From an uncultured bacterium (lineage in GTDB: Bacteria > Armatimonadota > Hebobacteria > CAIYQO01), in the NCBI GenBank assembly GCA_964573385.1, contig CAZNLA010000001.1, positions 1 to 51,434 of the forward strand: a stretch of DNA of 51,434 nucleotides, given 5' to 3'. Below, one piece after another: positions 44,128 to 51,434 of the stretch. Each line of letters opens with the position of its first letter. Position 1 is the first letter of the stretch. A model generated the notes under the pieces. The model saw only the letters and a program-made list of their open reading frames with translations. It had not been told where the DNA came from and did not search any database. The translations under genes and the position numbers were made by a program.

Positions 44128-46782
44128 ATGAGCGCAAAATTAATAAAGTTGGATGAAGAGAAAATTTTATTTGCAGACGTTGATATTGCAGCTGTATTTT
44201 TGGGTCAAGATATCACTAATATTGAATCTTTAAAATTTGAAAATGTTAAAACTTGTAAGCTGTTGTATGTTTATGCACATTCATATACTAAGTACTGTAA
44301 TAAAAGATCTGATTTTGCTGGATTGCAGAAATTAGAGCAAGCAATAATAGAATTAGATAACCATGATATTAAAATTATTGTATTTGGTTTTCTTACTAAA
44401 AATGAGTATGGTGTATTTTCGTATCTGACTAATAACCCTACAATAATTTATAAACAACTTCCATTATGTCATGATCAATTGTTTTCAGAAGATGATGCCT
44501 TAAGTACTGTAGATGTTAGAGAGCGACAATTACTAAGGCTTAAAGCATCAGAGCGGCAATTAGAACTTACATTTGCAACAGAACGTCATAAGTTTATAGG
44601 ATTAGCAGCAGCAGTTAGAATATATTTAGGAAAGGTAGCAATACATTATAAATGTTTTAAACAAGATTATGATGAAATTAAAGAAGAATTAAAAAATTTT
44701 ATAGAAAGAGCGAATAAGTATAAAATACCAATTGATATTGATATCGATAATTTGATAATAAAAATAAAAAAACATCATGAGATTCTAAAAAGAATTAATA
44801 TAGACCTACCGGTTAGTTATTCTATAAAAATTCCGAAATGTAAAGTATGGATGTTAGACGATAATGCTGAGAATCATATGTGGGATATAGTGTTAAAAGC
44901 TATATTTGGCGATACGAATGTGAAATATGTAAAATCATGGAATGAATTTAAAGAATGGGATGTGTTTAAGAGAAGTATTATAGATAATACTGTTGACAAT
45001 TTTCTTATTGTTGATTGTAATTTGGGAGAAAACAATGAAATTGGCATAGAACTTCTTCCTGCAATCAGATCTGTATTACCTGAAATTAACATTATAATGA
45101 TGAGTGCTTTTGATGATGCAGAGACGGCATTATTAGCATTAAGAGCTGGTGCAAACTCTTATTTTGTTAAAGAAATTGGCGATTACAATGATCGTTCTTC
45201 AATAAATTATTATTGTAGTTTTATAAAGAGATTTAAAATTGATTCGAAATATAGGAATATAATAAAATTATGGCATCAATATTTAAAATCGACCCATAAT
45301 TGTAGCGAACTTTACGTAACTCAAATACTTATTTCGTTTTATTTTATGTTTTATTTTTTTGACATGAAAAGATGGGGGTATTTAGGATTATCAATTCCAG
45401 AAGAAAGAAAAAATGCTTACCTAATATCAGTCGTTAATCTTTGTCAAATTGGGGAAGGAATGTTTTTTAAAGACGAACAAATAGCTATAAAGGTTAGGCA
45501 TGGTTACCCAATAACATATAAAGATGCATATGATTTCTTTGAAAAAATAATTAATGCCAATTTTCGTGATAATAAGAAACCTATTGAAATAAAATTACAT
45601 ACAATACAACCATATCTTCCTCGATATAGTCCGTATACTATAGATGACTTAAGAGCAGATGGTACATTTCCTGGTGTGCAACGTAAAGAGATGCGTATTA
45701 CGCACGATGATGCAACAATACGAGCAACGGATGAATTATTAAGGGGTATAAATTGTATTAACAAAGAAGATTTTAACGATGATACTTTATTGGCATGTAA
45801 TATAGAAATTAATGAAACATTTATAAAAAAAGACCATGATATACTACTAATGGATTATGAGATTAATAATTGGATTCTCACTTTGAAATCAATTTATCCA
45901 AACGCGGAATATTATAGTTTTCAAAAGGAAGGATTAAAAGGAATATCGATTAATCATCTGAAGAAATATTCAGTAATTATTATGGATTTAAAAATGCCTA
46001 CTATAAAAGATGGATTATGGTTATTACAACAACTACGAGATATAGATCCTTCAATACCCATAATTGTTATTTCTGCTTCAACTGACTATTTAGTTGCTGA
46101 ACGATGCCTTCAGTATGGTGCAATGGATTATATTTGTAAAGCATTACCATATTCTCGGGATTTTAAGCAAAGTCAGTTTTTTTTGAATCGTATACTAAAA
46201 AGTATCGATAAAGCATCTAAATACGGAAAGGGTAAGATTAGAAATTATAACAGTTTTATTGACAAACTTACATCTTTAAAATGTTTGCAAAATACAAGTC
46301 GTGAAGAATTTAGAATTATAAAAGGATGTACATTTAATAGTGATTATTTGCCTGAAGGTAATTGGGTTGATTATTTAAAGGCTGATTTATATTTATTACG
46401 TTTATTATTATATTATTATATAATTAATGTTGATGATGAAATACTATTACCAATTGATGTATGGAGAAAAGATATATATAAATTGAATAAAAGCGAAATG
46501 ATATTTAATTTGATTATATTAACAGCAGCAAGAATAATCGAAAATATAACCGAATGGGAATATAGCTTGAGAACTGAACCATCAAAAAGAATAAAAAGAA
46601 AGGATAATAAAGATTTGCCTTATTTAGCGAAAAATTATTGGAATAGAAATGCTGGTACAATTTTAAGTAAACGTAATGCATTGATACATGGTTTAAAAAA
46701 TAATGATAGTATTTGTATATTAGATGTTTTTGATACTATAATGACAATGATTAGAAAATTCTCTAAATTAACCAATATTTAA
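44128..46782 (+). CDS. Pseudo-receiver + two REC domains + C-terminal HEPN-like domain protein
   Basis: The track ORF starts at GTG 44119. ATG 44128 lies 8 nt after AAGAGG. REC1 is VWMLDDNAE...FLIVDCNLG...IIMMSAF...SYFVKE. REC2 is ILLMDYE...VIIMDLKMP...IIVISAS...DYICKALP. The HEPN-type motif is SKRNALIHG (nt 46672-46689). Confidence 0.6.
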   Translation: MSAKLIKLDEEKILFADVDIAAVFLGQDITNIESLKFENVKTCKLLYVYAHSYTKYCNKRSDFAGLQKLEQAIIELDNHDIKIIVFGFLTKNEYGVFSYLTNNPTIIYKQLPLCHDQLFSEDDALSTVDVRERQLLRLKASERQLELTFATERHKFIGLAAAVRIYLGKVAIHYKCFKQDYDEIKEELKNFIERANKYKIPIDIDIDNLIIKIKKHHEILKRINIDLPVSYSIKIPKCKVWMLDDNAENHMWDIVLKAIFGDTNVKYVKSWNEFKEWDVFKRSIIDNTVDNFLIVDCNLGENNEIGIELLPAIRSVLPEINIIMMSAFDDAETALLALRAGANSYFVKEIGDYNDRSSINYYCSFIKRFKIDSKYRNIIKLWHQYLKSTHNCSELYVTQILISFYFMFYFFDMKRWGYLGLSIPEERKNAYLISVVNLCQIGEGMFFKDEQIAIKVRHGYPITYKDAYDFFEKIINANFRDNKKPIEIKLHTIQPYLPRYSPYTIDDLRADGTFPGVQRKEMRITHDDATIRATDELLRGINCINKEDFNDDTLLACNIEINETFIKKDHDILLMDYEINNWILTLKSIYPNAEYYSFQKEGLKGISINHLKKYSVIIMDLKMPTIKDGLWLLQQLRDIDPSIPIIVISASTDYLVAERCLQYGAMDYICKALPYSRDFKQSQFFLNRILKSIDKASKYGKGKIRNYNSFIDKLTSLKCLQNTSREEFRIIKGCTFNSDYLPEGNWVDYLKADLYLLRLLLYYYIINVDDEILLPIDVWRKDIYKLNKSEMIFNLIILTAARIIENITEWEYSLRTEPSKRIKRKDNKDLPYLAKNYWNRNAGTILSKRNALIHGLKNNDSICILDVFDTIMTMIRKFSKLTNI

Positions 46783-46803
46783 TAATTTTAAAGGTGACCC
46801 ATT

Positions 46804-49800
46804 TTGTCAACACTACTTTATATCGATGGTTATGAATCGAGTATACCTAACTGTGATGCTGAAAATCAGGTATTTTATATAACTGATGATGTTGCAACTT
46901 TGTATGCGTCAGAAGCTAATCAGAATATTAAACAAATATCGACGATTGAAGAGATAAATGGTATTACAAATATTCTTATACATTTAAATTCTGGGAGTAC
47001 TGTGCGTTCTCAGCGGAAAGGTATTCAATGGTTAAAACGTTTTCGCGTTTCAATGTACCAAATTAATAGAGTTGATTTAGCATCTTTACCAGCCTTGTTA
47101 TATTCTTTTGAGGATGAGTATTTGTTACAGGATACTTTTCCGATTCTCACACAACCGGGTCATACATTCTGTCAGTTGCCGACTTCATTATTAGAACTAA
47201 AAGAGAAATTAGTGAATATTTCAAAAGTTCCTGATTCAATCCTATCAGATCTATTGTGTTTTCACTGTCTTGATGATGTATGGGGACGATTAGAACATGA
47301 TTTAACCAATACTTTGAGTGATCCTAAATATTTTAATGTTGCTAAAAAAATATTGAAAGAGTGGGGTAGATTAATTGTATCTATTTGTCCAAATATAACC
47401 AGTGTTTTTAAAGAACTAACAGATGCATTTAATGGTTTAGGACATACTTATAATTCAAATAAAGTACAACATGCATTTTTTATGATAGATAAAATATCTG
47501 GTATATTGCGCGGTGAGTCTGAAGATGAATTGTTGGTGGATGCACCTTATGAATACCCACCACTAGACTGGGAAAGAATTTTAGTGGCTGATGATCGTGG
47601 TTATGAGATTTCTACAATACAACGTTTAACAAGAAAAGGATATAGAATTGAAGTAAAAACTAATATTGATGATTCTGTTGAATATTTACGCAATAATAAA
47701 TGTGATGTAATCTTATGTGATTTACATTTCCCTACCCGCAGTGATGGGGAATTCATGATTAAAATTGCTAAAGAAAAGTGCAAGGTAGTTATTGTTATAT
47801 CACGTGCTCCATTACCAAGTGATTTAAGATTACCGGCTAATGTTCTTAATGCTTGTGGCTCATTACGTTTTCAGGACTCAGAAAGAATACATCAATTAAT
47901 TTGGTCATCAGCAAAATTAAAAGGTATAATATCACCTGCTTTTGTTAGTAATCGTTTAAAGCAAAATATGCTTTATGACTCGACTCTTTTACTTAAATAT
48001 GAAATATTTTCTCGTGTTAAACATTGGGAATCGTTGCCGAAAGCAATTGTCGACGCTGTAAGTTCTATGAGTGATTTAGTATCTTCTGGTGTATTATCAA
48101 CTGAAGATACTAAGATTGTTAATGGATTTATAGATGAAATGAAGAGAAATTATATTTGTACTGAATTAACCTTTGCGCATATAAATGGGTTAGTCAAATA
48201 CTTATCTAAAAGTAATATAAAAACTCAAAACCGGCAAATTAACGATATTTTACATAATACAATCAAACAGCATATTGGTATAGCTAATGCTGGCATCAAA
48301 GATTTGTATAATAGATTGACCTTATTAAAGTTGCAATTAAAAGACGTTATACTTAAAAAGAAATATGAAAAACTTGACGTCGCGATTAGAGCATGTAAAA
48401 ATACCCGGATAAGTTATAAGGGAATACATAACTTATATGAAATTATTAGTGAAATAATAGATTTTTTACCAGTTGAAATCAATGCATCTGAATTTATAAA
48501 CAATACCAGTAAAACCAGAAATTATGGAAAAAAGATAGTTATTGCTTCTATAGAAGATAATCTGTTGTGGCATGAACAAATTGCGAATGCTATAAATATA
48601 ATTGGGAAACGTATTGGTTTACCGTATTTAATAAGTTTAAAATTATATAAAGATGTTGAATCTGCTTTAAACGATGCCACTGGAATTCCTTCATTATTAA
48701 AAGATAACATATTTGTCATTTTTATTTTAGATATGAATATACCGTTATATCAGGGTCAGAAGATATCAGATATAAATAATGAAGCAGGATTTGGATTACT
48801 TAAATGGGCAAAAGATATAAAGCGCAATCTGCCGGTAATTGTATTATCACAGCCATCATATATAATAGATGACCAGATTCGTGCATTAAATTGTGGTATT
48901 GATTATTTTATTTATAAAGTTCCTGGCAATTTGTTTAATTTAGTCAAAGCGATTGAAAATATAATTTATCAATCTTCGTTTGGTAGAATATCCTTTTTAG
49001 CGAATAATAATAAAGAGATATTGGCAGATGATGTTTTAATTAAATTAACGAAAAAAGAATATGATGTAATATATACTTTGTGTTGGATTACAAATGAAAA
49101 ACGAACAGTAGAAGAATTGAGTGGTAATAGACCAAACAAGCCATTTAAGATTCATGCTACGGATTTTAATTTGATGCCATATTCTGATATTGATGTTAAC
49201 ATACAAAATATTAGAGTTAAGATATTTAATACTTTTAAGAAAATCGGTAAATCTGTTAATCCGGATGACTTTTTATTTAAAGAAAATAATTTATATATTG
49301 TAAAGGCTGAAAGTATATTCCCGGAAGATAGAGAGATTATTCCTGAAACATATTTAGATTCAAACAATAATCGCATGAAAAAGATATCATCTAAATATAA
49401 AATATTAGTTGTAGAAAATGATCCGGTTTATTTAGATTATATTGAAGAGTTATTGAAAAGATTGTATCTTGTTGTTTATACTGCAACAAACAAGTCTGAT
49501 GCTGTTACAATACTTGAAAATAATAAAATTGATATAATATCACTTGATTTGCATATTCCTGCTAATCAGAATGAATATTTGTCTAATCATTCTGCTGGAA
49601 ATATTCAAAATGGTATCGATGTCCTGAATATTGCACGTGGATTACATCCAACAATTCGTGCAATAATACCGACTACAGTGTCGGAAACTAAAATATTACA
49701 GGAAGAATCTATAAGGCTACATGTAAGGTTAGAGGATATTGTTCCTAAAGGATACACTCTAAATGCAATTCCCTGGATAGCTCATTATTTAAATACCATA

Positions 49801-50238
49801 TCGCGTTTTATGTGTGAATTACAGAATGGTATGATGTTATATGCTGATACACGGAAAAACAGTCTGCTAATAGAAGTATTGCAAGGAAGTGAAATTGGAT
49901 CAGGAAAATTATATTTATATGTTAATGATCGTGATTCGAAATGGCAAAGAAATAAGAAAAGTCAGATAATGTATTTACTTTTAAATAATGCAAAATATAA
50001 CCCGGGAGGGATTTTAACATTAGGTGTTGTTAAATTAAAAATATGGTCAGGTGGTGTAACAGATGGAGCAATTCAATCACAAATCAGTGATATTAGAAAA
50101 ACAATTGGATCAACCTGGAATCTTTCAGGTGTTTCTCCAGAAAATGTTGTTGAATCTATACATGATAATACCCCGAGTCGTAAACTATTAGGAATTAAAT
50201 TGAATGCCGTTATTCTAGATCCAGATAATCTCATATAA
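46804..50238 (+). CDS. Giant response regulator: pseudo-receiver + REC + (REC - winged helix) x2
   Basis: 1144 aa with a TTG start. REC a is ILVADDRGYE...VILCDLHFP...VIVISRA. REC b is IASIEDN...FILDMNIP...VIVLSQP...YFIYK, followed by LIKLTKKEYDVIYTLCW. REC c is ILVVENDP...IISLDLHIP...AIIPTTV, followed by a C-terminal wHTH-like region (...IMYLLLNN...QISDIRKTI). Confidence 0.65.
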   Translation: MSTLLYIDGYESSIPNCDAENQVFYITDDVATLYASEANQNIKQISTIEEINGITNILIHLNSGSTVRSQRKGIQWLKRFRVSMYQINRVDLASLPALLYSFEDEYLLQDTFPILTQPGHTFCQLPTSLLELKEKLVNISKVPDSILSDLLCFHCLDDVWGRLEHDLTNTLSDPKYFNVAKKILKEWGRLIVSICPNITSVFKELTDAFNGLGHTYNSNKVQHAFFMIDKISGILRGESEDELLVDAPYEYPPLDWERILVADDRGYEISTIQRLTRKGYRIEVKTNIDDSVEYLRNNKCDVILCDLHFPTRSDGEFMIKIAKEKCKVVIVISRAPLPSDLRLPANVLNACGSLRFQDSERIHQLIWSSAKLKGIISPAFVSNRLKQNMLYDSTLLLKYEIFSRVKHWESLPKAIVDAVSSMSDLVSSGVLSTEDTKIVNGFIDEMKRNYICTELTFAHINGLVKYLSKSNIKTQNRQINDILHNTIKQHIGIANAGIKDLYNRLTLLKLQLKDVILKKKYEKLDVAIRACKNTRISYKGIHNLYEIISEIIDFLPVEINASEFINNTSKTRNYGKKIVIASIEDNLLWHEQIANAINIIGKRIGLPYLISLKLYKDVESALNDATGIPSLLKDNIFVIFILDMNIPLYQGQKISDINNEAGFGLLKWAKDIKRNLPVIVLSQPSYIIDDQIRALNCGIDYFIYKVPGNLFNLVKAIENIIYQSSFGRISFLANNNKEILADDVLIKLTKKEYDVIYTLCWITNEKRTVEELSGNRPNKPFKIHATDFNLMPYSDIDVNIQNIRVKIFNTFKKIGKSVNPDDFLFKENNLYIVKAESIFPEDREIIPETYLDSNNNRMKKISSKYKILVVENDPVYLDYIEELLKRLYLVVYTATNKSDAVTILENNKIDIISLDLHIPANQNEYLSNHSAGNIQNGIDVLNIARGLHPTIRAIIPTTVSETKILQEESIRLHVRLEDIVPKGYTLNAIPWIAHYLNTISRFMCELQNGMMLYADTRKNSLLIEVLQGSEIGSGKLYLYVNDRDSKWQRNKKSQIMYLLLNNAKYNPGGILTLGVVKLKIWSGGVTDGAIQSQISDIRKTIGSTWNLSGVSPENVVESIHDNTPSRKLLGIKLNAVILDPDNLI

Positions 50239-50319
50239 TGAATATAATTATCGTTTAATTTTTTTAACAGATAGACATCTGGTAAAAAAAATATTTAACA
50301 CATAAAATATCTCATTTAA

Positions 50320-50350
50320 CTCTTCGCATTTAAAATGCGGAGAGTTTTTT
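50320..50350 (+). terminator. Strong rho-independent terminator closing the REC cluster
   Basis: CTCTTCGCAT (50320-50329) pairs with ATGCGGAGAG (50335-50344), giving a 10-bp stem with one G-U. The loop is TTAAA and TTTTTT follows (50345-50350). Confidence 0.75.
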
Positions 50351-50352
50351 AT

Positions 50353-50383
50353 TTGACAGAGCGCCTTTATCCCCATGTAGTAT
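50353..50383 (+). promoter_or_regulatory. Promoter-like box TTGACAGAGCG-N14-TAGTAT upstream of the DUF4258-like ORF
   Basis: TTGACA (50353-50358), a 19-nt spacer, then TAGTAT (50378-50383). About 70 percent identical boxes with the same 19-nt spacing head each tandem repeat unit (50807, 51049, 51310). Confidence 0.4.
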
Positions 50384-50422
50384 ATTATGTTTGTAAACGA
50401 AACATCTTGTTGGAGGATTATT

Positions 50423-50764
50423 ATGGTACATTTTTTACTTTGTTATCACATTAGCGATCACACTCTGGCCCGTTGTCAGCAACGCGGTATTGGGGAAGAC
50501 GACCTGTTCGCCGTATTCTATTTCGGTATGGTTGAACGCACCCATGGTTGCCTGCGTTATATATTAACCGACCGTTCTCTTGCCAATACGCCGTTAGCTA
50601 AAGATGCCCACCGCTTACGTGGTCTGACACTGGTCGTTAATCCTGTTAGTAATGAAGTGGTGACCGTTAAGCATCAATATGACATTGCCGGTCGTCCCGG
50701 CATATTAAGAAAGAGTCAATTGCTTGAACGTGCGAAGAAGCGAGACCGTGATGTAGCCGCATGA
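50423..50764 (+). CDS. Small DUF4258-like (toxin-like) protein
   Basis: The track ORF starts at 50387. ATG 50423 lies 6 nt after GGAGG (50412-50416). MVHFLLCYHISDHTLARCQQRGIGEDDLFAVFYFG resembles the DUF4258 pattern (..s.HA..RmqeRgI..edi..v). It is visibly GC-richer than the rest of the window. Confidence 0.4.
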   Translation: MVHFLLCYHISDHTLARCQQRGIGEDDLFAVFYFGMVERTHGCLRYILTDRSLANTPLAKDAHRLRGLTLVVNPVSNEVVTVKHQYDIAGRPGILRKSQLLERAKKRDRDVAA

Positions 50765-50798
50765 CTTAGTATTAAATTTTTCGATATGATAAAGGAGT

Positions 50799-51434
50799 AA
50801 CAATAGATGACAGAGCGTCTTTTCTACCACATAGTATTATATAAATGTCAGGAAGACCAGGCCATGGACGGCCTGCCAGGACGGTTAACAGTATTGTATC
50901 TGCCATGGATGGTATTCTTTTTATAGATTAGTTTTTGTTAATATTTCCATTGGATAGTTGATCCCCGGTGCCGGACCGGGTAACCAACCGGCGCTAACGT
51001 GTTTAAATTAATATTAATGATAAGATGTGAATACATATATAACAATAGATGACAGAGCGTCTTTTGCATCACATAGTATTATATATAAAGTCATGAAGAC
51101 CGGGCCATGGATGGCCTGTCAGGACGGTTTATTTACCAATGATGGTTGACTGTATAGATTCTGCCATAAACAGCAGAATATTAAAGAAGGAATCGACTGT
51201 GCAATGGATGGCAGGCTACCACCTCCCGGTGCCGGACCGGGTAACCAACCGGCACTAACATGTTTTAAATAATATTATTGATAAGATGTAAATACGTATA
51301 TAACAATAGATGACAGAGCGTCTTTTGCATCACATAGTATTATATAAATGTCAGGAAGACCGGGCCATGGACGGCCTGCCAGGACGGTTTATTTACCAAT
51401 GATGGTTGACTGTATAGATTCTGCCATAAACAGC
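50799..51434 (+). repeat. Tandem ~242/261-bp repeat units (2 complete, third cut by the window end)
   Basis: Units start with AACAATAGATGACAGAGCGTCTTTT at 50799, 51041 and 51302. Each has the promoter-like box, then GAAGACC(A/G)GGCCATGGA(C/T)GGCCTG(C/T)CAGGACGG, then a variable middle. The two complete units then have the hairpin GTGCCGG-N13-CCGGC(G/A)C (50968-50994, 51229-51255). Confidence 0.85.

Noticed and set aside
50799-51434. Terminal tandem repeats considered as integron attC sites / gene cassettes.
   Set aside because: There is a GCGCTAAC/GCACTAAC that resembles an inverse core site, but I could not find the paired GTTRRRY core in the expected inverted arrangement. The units are too short to carry genes, and no integrase gene is present in the window.
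50840-51434. Possible small peptide genes inside the repeat units (e.g. MDGLPGRFIYQ, or MSGRPGHGRPARTVYLPMMVD...).
   Set aside because: The three copies differ by indels that change the frame or stop position (copy A vs B vs C). No frame is conserved and no SD precedes the ATGs.

Overview
AT-rich bacterial window that looks like a whole contig, since both ends fall inside repeats. Every credible gene is on the + strand. (1) 51-2770: a fragmented CRISPR locus with the 37-nt repeat GTTCGAACGACTAGAAGAATGCCGAAGGCATTGAAAC and 26 unique spacers. Reiterated copies of a ~105-115 bp leader-like element split it into five mini-arrays, and two tandem terminators close it. (2) 3406-8279: a cyclic-oligoadenylate (type III CRISPR) accessory operon. 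It encodes a Cas02710-like CARF-HEPN protein, a Can2/Card1-like CARF nuclease, the Csx3 ring nuclease, a Cam1-like membrane CARF protein and an HExxH membrane protein. I saw no cas10/csm/cmr/cas6/cas1/cas2 in the window. (3) 8591-20545: three giant genes. These are a vWA-TM-Hsp70/actin-fold ATPase, an Asn/Lys-rich coiled-coil membrane protein, and a fused SEDS (RodA/FtsW)-class B PBP peptidoglycan synthase. (4) 21982-26475: a Liv-type ABC importer with fused ATPases. (5) 26495-50238: an uninterrupted co-directional cluster saturated with receiver (REC) and pseudo-receiver domains. It has two amino-methyltransferase paralogs (one fused to a weak histidine-kinase/GHKL-like module), two giant tandem REC-wHTH regulators, a REC-fused FtsK/HerA/VirD4-type ATPase, two REC-HEPN proteins and a possible DHH-like phosphoesterase, and it ends at a strong terminator. 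I regard it as the best candidate for an undescribed phosphorelay-gated conflict/defence system. (6) 50353-51434: a GC-richer tail with a small DUF4258-like ORF and ~250-bp tandem repeat units that reuse the same promoter-like box. All family calls come from motifs read by eye. No database search was run. I recognised no tRNA, rRNA, transposase or integrase.
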